Shown in pieces: positions 46,946 to 56,427 of a stretch of 64,000 bases of DNA; within the stretch, counting starts at the first letter, position 1, and the number at the start of each line of letters is the position of its first letter. Below the pieces are notes generated by a model. The model searched no databases, had not been told where the DNA came from, and worked only from the letters and a program-made list of their open reading frames with translations. Both the position numbers and the translations under genes were made by a program. Source of the stretch: a virus; the IMG/VR virus record IMGVR_UViG_3300044680_000048, positions 32,001 through 96,000 of that record; one strand, given 5' to 3'.

Positions 46946-47402
46946 TCCTAAACATAACCCATATAGTTGGGGAACTGGATATAAACCTTACTACCCTACT
47001 CATAATGGAGTAGTAGGAAATAGGGTTCCGGAAAGAGAGATTGATCTTAAGAAGATTGCCGGACTTCCTCTTGGAGCTACTGAGTTCCTAATGGAACTAG
47101 GGGATGAGGGAATACAGTATTCTGCTCTTGGATCTATTGTTGCCGGAACTCTTACTAAGGAAGAAGAAGTAACAAATTTAAAGTTTGATATGAAAGGTAA
47201 TCATATTACTCATGATTTCCGCTATGGAAGACAAGGTAAGGATATAGAGATTTGTAGACTTGTCCGGAAAGACAAAGACGGAAATCATAAAGAAGCCCAA
47301 AAGGGCTTGCTAAAACTCCTCATCTCTGATAAGCTTATAAAGCTGCGGGAAGAAGATTATGACCTAGCAGAAGAGATGGAAATTGTAGAGGATAATATCT
47401 AA
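46938..47402 (+). CDS. hypothetical protein (154 aa)
   Basis: Co-oriented, overlapping ORF. Confidence 0.5.
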   Translation: MSNPKHNPYSWGTGYKPYYPTHNGVVGNRVPEREIDLKKIAGLPLGATEFLMELGDEGIQYSALGSIVAGTLTKEEEVTNLKFDMKGNHITHDFRYGRQGKDIEICRLVRKDKDGNHKEAQKGLLKLLISDKLIKLREEDYDLAEEMEIVEDNI

Positions 47403-47809
47403 TGAAATTTGACATGAAAAAGTTTTTGAGTTCACCCTTAAATGATGGTTCAACTTATTGGAACTATGATGATGGATGTGGGTGTGTTAAGTCCGTGTTT
47501 AATGAGTCATTGGAGGAGCCCCTAGTATATAGAAGTAAACTCTCGCTAACAGAGACTGCTGACCCTGGACCTTTTATGGCAGTTTATGGCTCTCCAACTT
47601 GTTATGTAGGCCAACCTATTGGTGGAGAGGTTATAAAAAATATAAATAAAAAACTTAAAGAAGTATTGGATGTAGGAGAGCACATCCTTATAAAAGGATA
47701 CCCCCAAAAGGCAAAACTCTATGTAGCTCACATGCTTGAGAAGTTCAATCTGGTTGAGCTTATTAACACAGAAGTAGAGGTTAAGGAATGCCAGACCAGT
47801 CAGATCTAG
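47402..47809 (+). CDS. hypothetical protein (135 aa)
   Basis: Co-oriented ORF with a 1-nt overlap on the upstream stop. Confidence 0.5.
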   Translation: MKFDMKKFLSSPLNDGSTYWNYDDGCGCVKSVFNESLEEPLVYRSKLSLTETADPGPFMAVYGSPTCYVGQPIGGEVIKNINKKLKEVLDVGEHILIKGYPQKAKLYVAHMLEKFNLVELINTEVEVKECQTSQI

Positions 47810-48084
47810 ATAAGTTCATTAAACAAGCCCAAATAGATTCTCAGATGTTAGTGAGGGCGGAACTTCTCCGCCCTCTATTTCCTGGAGCTACTGATGAGCA
47901 GTTAGCAGATGAAGTGCTTTCAACACTATGGTGGACAAAGAGCCGGAAGAAAGTTAGCCGGAAATACATAGGTTCTTTAGTAAAAGAATACCAACAGAGA
48001 CTCAATGAGGCAAATCTTGAAAGTTCTGAAACTCAAACAGATACAGGAAGCTTGCCCCTCGAAGTGGATAGCCTACCTGGATAA
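47788..48084 (+). CDS. hypothetical protein (98 aa)
   Basis: Co-oriented ORF. It contains two CGG-AA Arg contexts (SRKKVSRK). Confidence 0.45.
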   Translation: MPDQSDLDKFIKQAQIDSQMLVRAELLRPLFPGATDEQLADEVLSTLWWTKSRKKVSRKYIGSLVKEYQQRLNEANLESSETQTDTGSLPLEVDSLPG

Positions 48085-48334
48085 TGGGGAAGAGAAACTA
48101 ATCTATCATAGACTTAGTTACCCATTTAATGAAGATAGTAAATGGTACTTAAGGATCTATCGAGAATACCCAGAAATAGAAATAGAATTTGAAGATGTAG
48201 CCCCAGATGACTTGACGGCAATATTTGAAACATTTACCCTTTTAGGGTACAGTCTAGAGGAAACGGAAATAGACCCAATACTTTATGAGCTACTAGAAGA
48301 TTTTTACAACGGGGACTTCTTTTATGAATCTTAA
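48005..48334 (+). CDS. hypothetical protein (109 aa)
   Basis: It overlaps the previous ORF by 80 nt, so the start is uncertain. Confidence 0.4.
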   Translation: MRQILKVLKLKQIQEACPSKWIAYLDNGEEKLIYHRLSYPFNEDSKWYLRIYREYPEIEIEFEDVAPDDLTAIFETFTLLGYSLEETEIDPILYELLEDFYNGDFFYES

Positions 48335-48488
48335 TGAACAGAAAGCTTACTATGAATGGTTGAAGATGAGACTTTGGAAGGCAGTCTTTGCTGGAAAAGA
48401 TAATAAAAAGACTTGGAAGGATCTAGACTACTGTACGGAAGCCTTAGAAAAAATTAGACAATCTTCTAATCCAAGACGCCCAAAGTAG
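48324..48488 (+). CDS. small hypothetical protein (54 aa, below the track cutoff)
   Basis: Hand translation gives MNLNEQKAYYEWLKMRLWKAVFAGKDNKKTWKDLDYCTEALEKIRQSSNPRRPK. Confidence 0.35.
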   Translation: MNLNEQKAYYEWLKMRLWKAVFAGKDNKKTWKDLDYCTEALEKIRQSSNPRRPK

Positions 48489-48501
48489 GTTAAAAAAGAA
48501 C

Positions 48502-48517
48502 TTCCGGAAGTTAGAAT
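48502..48517 (+). promoter_or_regulatory. TTCCGGAAGTTAGAAT promoter-like box
   Basis: It lies upstream of nrdA and matches the box at 16644-16659 at 15 of 16 positions. A second AGTTAGACAAT lies at 48528-48538. Confidence 0.45.
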
Positions 48518-48594
48518 AAGATTACAAAGTTAGACAATTTATTTGCTTTTGAGCCAAGACTGCATTGGCTCTTAGCTTTTCATGGGGTATTTTA

Positions 48595-50331
48595 ATGGTA
48601 CAGATAGACTATTCTAGGGATTCTTTATTGACCCGGTTTGCACTAGAGACTCTAAAGGATAGGTATCTATTACCAGGAGAAACACCTCAAGATGGGTTTG
48701 CTAGAGCAGCTTCAGCATATGCTGATGATGAAGACCACGCTCAGAGACTTTATGATTACGCTTCTAATTTGTGGTTTATGTTCTCTACGCCTATTTTGTC
48801 TAATGGTGGAACAGAAAGGGGATTAGGGATATCTTGTTATTTAAACCACATAGATGATTCCCGCAATGGAATAATTGAACATTGGAAGGAAAATACCTTT
48901 TTAGCCTCATTAGGTGGAGGTGTTGGAGCCTGTTGGGGGGATATAAGGTCTGATGGAACCGGAACAAGTAGTGGATCAGTTTCTACAGGTAGTATCCCCT
49001 TCCTCAAGACTGTAGATTCTCAATTCTTGGCAGTAGCACAGGGTAAGACCCGTAGAGGTTCCTACGCTGCTTACCAAAATATTGACCACCCAGAGATAGA
49101 AGAATTCATTACTATTAGAAAGACTACCGGTGGGGACTCTAATAGAAAGTGCCCTAATATCCATAATGCTGTAAATATCACAGATGAATTCATGGAATCA
49201 GTCATTGCGGGAAGAGATTGGAATTTAATTGATCCACATTCTAAGAAAGTAACTAAGACCTTAAAAGCCCGAGACTTATTCCGTCTTATCCTAGAAACTA
49301 GGATCTCTAAAGGGGAACCTTACATACACTTTATAGATACGGCTAATAAACACTTACCAGAGTCCCTTAAAGTATTAGGATTGAGGATAAATACTAGCAA
49401 CTTATGTCAAGAAGTTGAGCTTCCTACAAGTAAGGATCGTACAGCTGTATGTTGCCTCTCTTCTGTAAATCTAGAGAAGTATGATGAGTGGAAGGACCAT
49501 CTAACCTTTATTTCTGACTTGATAAAGATGCTGGATAATGTTATTGAAAATTTTATTCAAACTGCTCCACCAGAACTGTGGAGGGCAGTAGCCTCAGCCA
49601 AAGGAGAAAGGTCTTTAGGATTAGGAGCTATGGGGTTTCACTCTTATCTTCAGAAGTTAAATATTCCATTTGAGGGACCCCTGGCTTCGGGGATAAATAG
49701 AAAGATCTTTTCCCAATTGAAAGCCCAAGCAACAGAAGCTTCTAAAGAGTTGTATAATAAAAAAGGTCCGGCTGGTGATCTAAGAAATGAGAGAAATGCA
49801 CACCTTATGGCAATAGCCCCTAATGCTTCCAGCTCTATTATCTGTGGAGAAGCTAGCCCTTCTATTGAACCTTTCCGGGCTAATGCCTATACCCATAAGA
49901 CTCTTAGTGGTAGCTTCTACATTAAGAATAAGTATCTTCAACAAAGATTAGAAGAATTGGGGAAGAACACAGATGAGACTTGGACTTCAATTATAGGTAA
50001 TGGCGGAAGTGTCACCCATTTAGAGTTTTTATCTGATTGGGATAAAGAAGTATTTAAGACAGCTATTGAGATAGACCAGCATTGGATAATTCAACATGCT
50101 GCTGATAGGCAGGAGTATATATGTCAAGGCCAGTCTATTAATCTCTTTTTCTTAGCAAACACTAATGTTCAATATTTATATGATGTTCATATTGCAGCGT
50201 ATAAAAAGGGCATTAAGGGATTATACTACTTGAAGAGTGAGTCAATACAAAGACCAGACTTAATTTCTCAGCAGATTGAAAGGATTACTAGGAAAGAGAC
50301 GGAAGAAGATTGTTTTAGTTGCCAGGGGTAA
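48595..50331 (+). CDS. nrdA: ribonucleotide reductase class I alpha subunit, no ATP cone (578 aa from the ATG)
   Basis: The active-site motif is NTSNLCQEVELP. The Tyr pair is GLYYLKS. The C-terminal redox pair is CFSC. I prefer the ATG at 48595 over the TTG at 48565 used by the track. Confidence 0.85.
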   Translation: MVQIDYSRDSLLTRFALETLKDRYLLPGETPQDGFARAASAYADDEDHAQRLYDYASNLWFMFSTPILSNGGTERGLGISCYLNHIDDSRNGIIEHWKENTFLASLGGGVGACWGDIRSDGTGTSSGSVSTGSIPFLKTVDSQFLAVAQGKTRRGSYAAYQNIDHPEIEEFITIRKTTGGDSNRKCPNIHNAVNITDEFMESVIAGRDWNLIDPHSKKVTKTLKARDLFRLILETRISKGEPYIHFIDTANKHLPESLKVLGLRINTSNLCQEVELPTSKDRTAVCCLSSVNLEKYDEWKDHLTFISDLIKMLDNVIENFIQTAPPELWRAVASAKGERSLGLGAMGFHSYLQKLNIPFEGPLASGINRKIFSQLKAQATEASKELYNKKGPAGDLRNERNAHLMAIAPNASSSIICGEASPSIEPFRANAYTHKTLSGSFYIKNKYLQQRLEELGKNTDETWTSIIGNGGSVTHLEFLSDWDKEVFKTAIEIDQHWIIQHAADRQEYICQGQSINLFFLANTNVQYLYDVHIAAYKKGIKGLYYLKSESIQRPDLISQQIERITRKETEEDCFSCQG

Positions 50332-50334
50332 TAG

Positions 50335-51297
50335 ATGTCCTTATTAGAAACCCGTTCATATTTTAAACCATTCCAATATAATTGGGCTTTTGAAGCCTAC
50401 AATAAACAACAACAGATACATTGGCTGCCGGATGAAGTCCCTCTGGGTTCTGATATTTCAGATTGGAATACCGGAAAGTTGAGTAACTCAGAAAAAAACT
50501 TATTAACGCAACTATTTAGATTCTTTACCCAAGCTGATGTTAGTATTGCTGAAGGGTATATAGATAAATATTTACCAATATTTAGACCTCCAGAAGTTCG
50601 TATGATGCTTACTGCCTTTGCTAATATGGAATCCATACATATGCACGCCTACAGTAGACTTTTAGATTCCGTAGGAATGCCGGAAGTTGAGTATAGTAAG
50701 TTCCAAGAATATGAGGATATGAAGGCCAAACATGACTACTTGGATACCATTAAACCTTCTTCTTTAGAAGAGATAGCTGAGACCCTGGCTATTTATTCTG
50801 CTTTTGGGGAAGGGCTTCAATTATTCTCTTCTTTTGCCATTCTTTTAAACTTTTCTAGATTTAACAAAATGAAGGGAATGTCCCAGATAGTAACATATTC
50901 TGTACGTGATGAGACACTACATGTGGACTCTATGATTAAACTTTTCCACATCTTCTTAGATGAAAATCCTAAAATTTGGAAAAGTAATTTAAAGAAAAAG
51001 ATATATTTGGCCTGTCAGGATATGGTATTATTAGAGGATAAGTTTATTGATCTTGCTTTTGAACAAGGAGGAATTGAAGGCTTAGATAAGGAAGGCGTTA
51101 AAACGTACATTAGGTTTATTGCCGATAGGCGGTGTTTACAATTGGGACTTAAACCTGTGTATAAACAAAAGAAAAACCCGCTAGGTTGGCTGGACAATAT
51201 ACTAAATGCAGTAGAGTTAGCTAATTTCTTTGAAACAACATCATCGGAATACTCATCTGGAGCCTTAACAGGTTCATGGGAAGAACTTAAATGGTAA
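50335..51297 (+). CDS. nrdB: ribonucleotide reductase class I beta subunit (320 aa)
   Basis: The ferritin-like diiron ligand motifs MESIHMHAYS and RDETLHV are present. It lies directly after nrdA. Confidence 0.85.
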   Translation: MSLLETRSYFKPFQYNWAFEAYNKQQQIHWLPDEVPLGSDISDWNTGKLSNSEKNLLTQLFRFFTQADVSIAEGYIDKYLPIFRPPEVRMMLTAFANMESIHMHAYSRLLDSVGMPEVEYSKFQEYEDMKAKHDYLDTIKPSSLEEIAETLAIYSAFGEGLQLFSSFAILLNFSRFNKMKGMSQIVTYSVRDETLHVDSMIKLFHIFLDENPKIWKSNLKKKIYLACQDMVLLEDKFIDLAFEQGGIEGLDKEGVKTYIRFIADRRCLQLGLKPVYKQKKNPLGWLDNILNAVELANFFETTSSEYSSGALTGSWEELKW

Positions 51298-51833
51298 ATT
51301 TTTATAGTGAAATGAAAGAGTTGTATCCAGAACTCTATCAGAATGTCTATTGTGGATTCTCTTGCCCCAAAGGGTGGGAGAGTCTTATTAGAGACCTTTC
51401 CGCTAAGATTGCTTCACTTAATGCAGTTAGAGTGGCTCAAGTAAAAGAGAAATTTGGCTTCCTCCGGTACTACTTTGATCCATTAAGTGATGCCGGAATC
51501 CCCTTAGACAAGAGAACAACTTTATGGAAGAACTATAATAAAGCCAAAGAGTTAATTAAGGAAGCCGAGGAGGCTTCCCAAACTACGTGTCAAGAATGTG
51601 GAGAATATGGGGAACCTAGAAAGAGTTCTTGGGTATCAACTCTCTGTAATGACCACGCTAATGGTATGCCTAGTCATTGGGGACCAAGAGCTAAATGTAA
51701 ACTTTGTCAAACCGTAATCCAGAGTAAGTTTCAACATGACTTTAAGTACTGTGAATGCGGAGCCATTTTTGTAGATGGTGGAGGATCTTATACCAGATAT
51801 GGAGGGGAAATGGTGAATATAGAATGGCTTTAG
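51291..51833 (+). CDS. zinc-ribbon-containing hypothetical protein (180 aa)
   Basis: It has a KEKFGFLRYY segment, then CQECG...CNDH and CKLC...CECG cysteine pairs. Confidence 0.5.
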   Translation: MVNFYSEMKELYPELYQNVYCGFSCPKGWESLIRDLSAKIASLNAVRVAQVKEKFGFLRYYFDPLSDAGIPLDKRTTLWKNYNKAKELIKEAEEASQTTCQECGEYGEPRKSSWVSTLCNDHANGMPSHWGPRAKCKLCQTVIQSKFQHDFKYCECGAIFVDGGGSYTRYGGEMVNIEWL

Positions 51834-52321
51834 ATTTCCAAGCAGTGAGGTATAACACTGATCTAGTAAATACCTTCAACAAGGCGGCCTGTGAAATTGA
51901 CTCACTAGGAGCGTTAGCTTCCCTTTGCAATGATTATGATTTTGTAGAAGAAATGATGGATCAGGCAAAGAGTATATTAATGGGTGTGATGGAATCAACG
52001 ATTATTACTGATCCTGAAGAGAATGAGGGAGAAGAACAACAAATAGCTCCTGATGAGATAGTAGAAAAATCTCCAATTAGTATACTACCCACCCAGATAG
52101 AAGTTGATGGAGAAGATAATCAACTTCGGGCCATCATGTATAATGATGGAGTTCCTTGGGCTTTAACGGAATGGGTTCCCTTTGAGCCTAATATAGATGT
52201 TACTTATTCTATTTCCTCTGCTCTTAGACTAATGGCGGAAGTCCTAGAAAGAAAATACGACCTTTCTCAATTACCAAAGGCAGAAGATAATGCTCAAGAC
52301 CCTGATCCGAATTGTAATTAA
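51824..52321 (+). CDS. acidic hypothetical protein (165 aa from the ATG at 51824)
   Basis: I chose the internal ATG because it minimises overlap with the upstream gene. Confidence 0.45.
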   Translation: MALDFQAVRYNTDLVNTFNKAACEIDSLGALASLCNDYDFVEEMMDQAKSILMGVMESTIITDPEENEGEEQQIAPDEIVEKSPISILPTQIEVDGEDNQLRAIMYNDGVPWALTEWVPFEPNIDVTYSISSALRLMAEVLERKYDLSQLPKAEDNAQDPDPNCN

Positions 52322-52379
52322 GATATTTGTTCAAGTAGTAGCTAATATTATAGTAGGCCTAAGTTTAGAAATGATATAA

Positions 52380-52655
52380 GTGGGAAAGCCTAAGAAGAAA
52401 CCACCTCCAACTAAAGATCAGAAGAGGATAGACTTCTCTCAAACTTGGACTGAGTACAAGATTAAAGGCCAGTATTTTGAAAGAATCCCTGTAGGAGAGG
52501 AAACATTTAATATAGAAATAGAAGACAATAGATGTTTTCTATGTTATGCTGAGGTAACGATGCTCCACCAACTTGGTTGTGAGGCAGAGTGCTCAGCATT
52601 TTCTGGAAGAAGTGTTTGGCTAGATGAAGAAGAAGCTTATGAGGATGATGAATGA
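52380..52655 (+). CDS. hypothetical protein (91 aa)
   Basis: GTG start, a basic N-terminus and an acidic C-terminus. Confidence 0.4.
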   Translation: MGKPKKKPPPTKDQKRIDFSQTWTEYKIKGQYFERIPVGEETFNIEIEDNRCFLCYAEVTMLHQLGCEAECSAFSGRSVWLDEEEAYEDDE

Positions 52656-52867
52656 ATTTTTACCAGACAAAGTTACCGGCAGATCCCTCTGTCACTTTAT
52701 ATATTAGACAGGGCCCGAAGACTAACAGTAGATATGCTCTTGCGGCACATACTAATACACCTATTAAGGGTAAAGAGGATTCCCTCAAGCCTTGTCAAGC
52801 TTCCCTATATCTAGGATATTATGAGACCTTTGCGGAAGCCTTAGTGGAATTACGAAAATTACTGTAA
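52652..52867 (+). CDS. hypothetical protein (71 aa)
   Basis: 4-nt overlap with the upstream gene. Confidence 0.45.
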   Translation: MNFYQTKLPADPSVTLYIRQGPKTNSRYALAAHTNTPIKGKEDSLKPCQASLYLGYYETFAEALVELRKLL

Positions 52868-52882
52868 ATTGGAGATGATGAA

Positions 52883-53131
52883 ATGGGAAATAAAGGCACA
52901 GCTGATATTGGAATCAAGGGTAAGATAGAAGCAATATTCTTTAATCTATTCCCGAAAGGTAAAGTAATGAATAAGGAAGAGATTAATAAACTCGTAAACA
53001 CTAAGATTAAGGCTACTCCCAAGACTGTTAATGGAGTACTGGTTGACCTTATACAAGAGGGAAAACTCAAAGTAGCTCAACATGAATCTGGAAGAAGATT
53101 ATTTGAAGTTCTTGCCGGAGATAAGAAATGA
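52883..53131 (+). CDS. small possible winged-helix DNA-binding protein (82 aa)
   Basis: The KTVNGVLVDLIQEGKL segment resembles a recognition helix plus wing. The start may instead be the internal MNKEE. This call is weak. Confidence 0.35.
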   Translation: MGNKGTADIGIKGKIEAIFFNLFPKGKVMNKEEINKLVNTKIKATPKTVNGVLVDLIQEGKLKVAQHESGRRLFEVLAGDKK

Positions 53132-53730
53132 TAACTATCTTAGGAGCTGGGGGCTTTGCTAAAGAAGTTCTAGCTCTTCTAAAGTTCAACAACTCCTCCA
53201 TTTTTGAATACAGGATGGTAGTAGAACCTTTTGGTAATTATATGACCGATAGGTTTTATTATATGGGAGTAGGAGATCCCTACTTAAGGTACAAGTTTTA
53301 TAATCACTTTAGGGCTAAACATAGCAATTTTAACCCCTTAATCTCTAATGATTTAATCTGTGATGACGAGACAGTAAGCTTTGGGGAAGGAACTATAGTC
53401 TGCCAAAACTGTGTAATAACCACAGATGTTCAGGTAGGAAAGTTTTCTATCATCAATATTTCTAGTACTGTAGGGCATGATGCTAGGATAGGAGACTTTG
53501 TAACTATAGCTCCAGCTTGTAATATTCTTGGTTTTGCAGAAGTAGGGGACTTTACTGAACTAGGGGCTAACGTAACAGTTCTTCCTAAAGTCAGGATTGG
53601 AAAGCACTGTATGATAGGTGCTGGAACACTAGTTACAAAAGATGTTCCGGACTATTCTCTTGTATATGGAGTTCCGGGAAAAGTTATTAAAGAATATAGA
53701 AAGGATAAGAGATATGAGTCAACAAACTAA
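53128..53730 (+). CDS. hexapeptide-repeat sugar N/O-acetyltransferase, NeuD/PglD-like (200 aa)
   Basis: It has an N-terminal ILGAGGFAKEV Rossmann-like start and a C-terminal left-handed beta-helix repeat pattern (IGDFVTIAPACNILG, VGDFTELGANVTV, IGKHCMIGAGTLV). Confidence 0.7.
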   Translation: MITILGAGGFAKEVLALLKFNNSSIFEYRMVVEPFGNYMTDRFYYMGVGDPYLRYKFYNHFRAKHSNFNPLISNDLICDDETVSFGEGTIVCQNCVITTDVQVGKFSIINISSTVGHDARIGDFVTIAPACNILGFAEVGDFTELGANVTVLPKVRIGKHCMIGAGTLVTKDVPDYSLVYGVPGKVIKEYRKDKRYESTN

Positions 53731-54013
53731 TAACAATAGGGAGTTTAGAGATTTTTGTAATTTCTGGCAAAAGTATGATATTTACGCTAGAGATAAGTTG
53801 GATGCTCTATTGACTCTAGCTTTAAAGGCTGAGCAGGAAGAAGAAAAACAACTAATAGACCAATACGAGGATTATCTAGAGACTCTTTGTCCTGAAGATA
53901 AGGAACTTGCTATTTCTATAACAGAGTATAAGAACCAAGAATTTGAAATGTGTTTCAGCAATCAACAGATGGAAAATGCTTATGGGTTTCTGAGGCTTAT
54001 CCGGAATGCCTAA
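53714..54013 (+). CDS. hypothetical protein (99 aa from the ATG at 53714)
   Basis: I prefer the internal ATG. The protein is helical and acidic. Confidence 0.45.
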   Translation: MSQQTNNNREFRDFCNFWQKYDIYARDKLDALLTLALKAEQEEEKQLIDQYEDYLETLCPEDKELAISITEYKNQEFEMCFSNQQMENAYGFLRLIRNA

Positions 54014-54737
54014 ATCCATATCTGTCTGTGCCTGGACATATAATCAAGAAAACTTTGTGAAACCTATGATGGAAAGTGTACTCCATCAGAAGAGTTCAAA
54101 TTTTCATTTAATCATAGCTGATGATTGCAGTACAGATGGAACGCCTGTTCATATAGAAAATTATTCTCACATTTATAAGGGGTTATTGACTTTAGTTCAG
54201 CCCGAAAAGAATATAGGAGCAGCTTCCGATTTCTGTATCTCTAAAGCTCCTAAGGTTGATTACATAGCCTTTATGGATGGGGATGATCAATGGCTTCCGG
54301 AAAAGCTAGAAAAGTCTATTGCTTTCCTAGAAGAAAACAACTATGATATGGTATGTACTGATGTAATGAGTATTAATCCTGCCGGAGAACATTTGGGAAG
54401 AGCACTAGACTGGATGAATCTTCCCCAAACTCTTACTATAAAAGAGCTTTCAGTGGATAACAGAATCTATACCTCTACAGTAGTAGCCAAGATGGGCATT
54501 ATTCTAAAGTCTCCTGGCTTTCTTGGGTTTGGGTATAAGGTTCTCTTAGACTATCCGTTATTTCTATGGCTTGCGGCAAGATATAAAATTGGATACCTCA
54601 ATGAAGCCCTTACCTATAAGATGCAGAATACCAATTCTGTCCTTCATCATTCTAATACCAAAGATATAGGAATTTGGGAGTATGGACACCAGAAGATGAA
54701 CATGGCTCAAATAATAAGTACAACGGGAAGAAAATGA
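54006..54737 (+). CDS. family 2 glycosyltransferase (243 aa)
   Basis: ISVCAWTYNQENFV...LIIADDCSTDGT and the DxD-type FMDGDDQW are canonical GT-A/GT2 signatures. Confidence 0.75.
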   Translation: MPKSISVCAWTYNQENFVKPMMESVLHQKSSNFHLIIADDCSTDGTPVHIENYSHIYKGLLTLVQPEKNIGAASDFCISKAPKVDYIAFMDGDDQWLPEKLEKSIAFLEENNYDMVCTDVMSINPAGEHLGRALDWMNLPQTLTIKELSVDNRIYTSTVVAKMGIILKSPGFLGFGYKVLLDYPLFLWLAARYKIGYLNEALTYKMQNTNSVLHHSNTKDIGIWEYGHQKMNMAQIISTTGRK

Positions 54738-55405
54738 TCCAAATCTATGGACTAGCCTACAGAAGACCGGATTATCTTGAGAAGTGTATTGAAAGTCTTT
54801 TTATAAATAGGTCTGAGCCAGTTGAGATAAATGTAGCTGAAAGTAAAAGTCCTGTTTCCCTCAGACCTCTATTAGAAGGTTATGTTAAAGGGGGACAAAT
54901 TAAACGGGCTTGTATCTTTGAAGAGAATGTAGCTTCTTGGGGCTTACAGAAGATGATTGAGGATTTCCCTCCTCAAGATAAGTTTTTTATAATGACGGAT
55001 TTAGACCTTATTGTTCCCACAGGATGTGATTATCTTGGTATAATAAGGGAGGCTCAAGAACGAAATGTCTTAACCGGATGCACTCTTAGTCTGGAAAACT
55101 ATGTTCCGCCCAATTGGGGCTATGGGGGAGATGCTGATGGTTTTGGTGGGTGGTTGATGAGTCTCCGGACAGATATTTGGAAACAATATCCTGCTGGATG
55201 TCCTATTGCGGATGCTTGGATTATAGAGTTCTTCAAACACTTTGGACTGGTAGAGAAACTTTTAGATATCAGACTTTACCATTTAGCTTGGGATTTATGG
55301 AAGGACGATCCGGAATACCTCGAACACAAAATTCAGAACCATGCAGCAATCTTTAATAATGGAAACCGTCCAGTTAATTTAAACTATGAGTTGATAGAAA
55401 GATGA
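54734..55405 (+). CDS. GT-A-like glycosyltransferase candidate (223 aa)
   Basis: The YGLAYRRPDYLEKCIESL start and the IMTDLDLIV segment (DxD-like) support the call. ATGA overlap with the upstream gene. Confidence 0.4.
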   Translation: MIQIYGLAYRRPDYLEKCIESLFINRSEPVEINVAESKSPVSLRPLLEGYVKGGQIKRACIFEENVASWGLQKMIEDFPPQDKFFIMTDLDLIVPTGCDYLGIIREAQERNVLTGCTLSLENYVPPNWGYGGDADGFGGWLMSLRTDIWKQYPAGCPIADAWIIEFFKHFGLVEKLLDIRLYHLAWDLWKDDPEYLEHKIQNHAAIFNNGNRPVNLNYELIER

Positions 55406-56427
55406 CCTACTATGTCGGAAAACCTAATGTCTGTAATCCGGAAGGGATGATAGAGTACGTTTATAAAGTACTCCGTTCCGGAAAACTTACTAATAACGGG
55501 GAACAAGTAGAAGCTTTTGAATACGAATTTGCTAATAAGCATAAGTTTAAATATGCAGTAGCGGTATCCAATGCTACAGTAGGATTACAATTATGCCTTT
55601 CCGGATACCCTAATGGAAGAATAGGACTTCCAGCATTTAGCTTTATAGCCACATTAAATGCAGTTAAGAATAGCAAACTTCTGCCAGACTTCTATGATGT
55701 AGATGAGAACATGGCTATTAACAATTCTGAATCTAGATTGACTTTGCCAGTAAACCTATTCGGGTCCTGTGTTCCCGAAAAGTTTAACGGGAAGAATGTA
55801 GCTGTATATGATTCAGCCCATTGTACTGGAATGGATGTAACTCACCTTAAGGGTGCTCCTCATGTATTCTCCCTTCATGCAACTAAATTAGTAAATAGTT
55901 GTGAGGGAGGGATGATCTGTACTGATAATAAATTCTTAGCTGATTATTTAAAGGCTGCTAGAAACTTCGGATTTGACCCCAATTCTGAAGCTCCGGAAGG
56001 GGAAATTCTGGATATAGATGGCGGAACTAATGCCAAAATGAGTGAAGTTCATGCGGCAATAGGAAGATTTAATCTTGCCTCAGTAGGGGAAATCATTGAA
56101 TATAATAAGCAAATCTTCAAATGGTATGAAGAATTCTTACCGGAAGTTAATTTATTCATCCCACCGGAAAGTTCAAATTTTAGCTACATAGTAATGAATT
56201 TTCAGCCAGAGGTGCGGGAAAGACTTTACACCTCTCTAAGAGTAATGGGAGTAATGGTTCGTAAATACTTCGCCTACACACTTCCAAAAGTAGCTAAGAT
56301 TAAGGGGGATTTCCCCATGGCGGAAAGATTCTCCCAAACTAATCTAGCTTTTCCTACGGGAATGGAACTAAAACGGGAAGACATAGAACACATATGTAAA
56401 CTTACTAGAGGATTTATAAATGATTAA
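55402..56427 (+). CDS. DegT/DnrJ/EryC1-type PLP-dependent sugar aminotransferase (341 aa)
   Basis: FSLHATKLVNSCEGGMI contains the PLP-binding lysine in its typical context. The AVSNATVGL segment is also present. Confidence 0.7.
   Translation: MTYYVGKPNVCNPEGMIEYVYKVLRSGKLTNNGEQVEAFEYEFANKHKFKYAVAVSNATVGLQLCLSGYPNGRIGLPAFSFIATLNAVKNSKLLPDFYDVDENMAINNSESRLTLPVNLFGSCVPEKFNGKNVAVYDSAHCTGMDVTHLKGAPHVFSLHATKLVNSCEGGMICTDNKFLADYLKAARNFGFDPNSEAPEGEILDIDGGTNAKMSEVHAAIGRFNLASVGEIIEYNKQIFKWYEEFLPEVNLFIPPESSNFSYIVMNFQPEVRERLYTSLRVMGVMVRKYFAYTLPKVAKIKGDFPMAERFSQTNLAFPTGMELKREDIEHICKLTRGFIND

Noticed and set aside
48565-48594. TTG start for nrdA used by the ORF track (MALSFSWGIL extension)
   Set aside because: The in-frame ATG at 48595 gives the conserved-looking MVQIDYSRDSLL N-terminus. 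The extension would overlap the promoter-like region.
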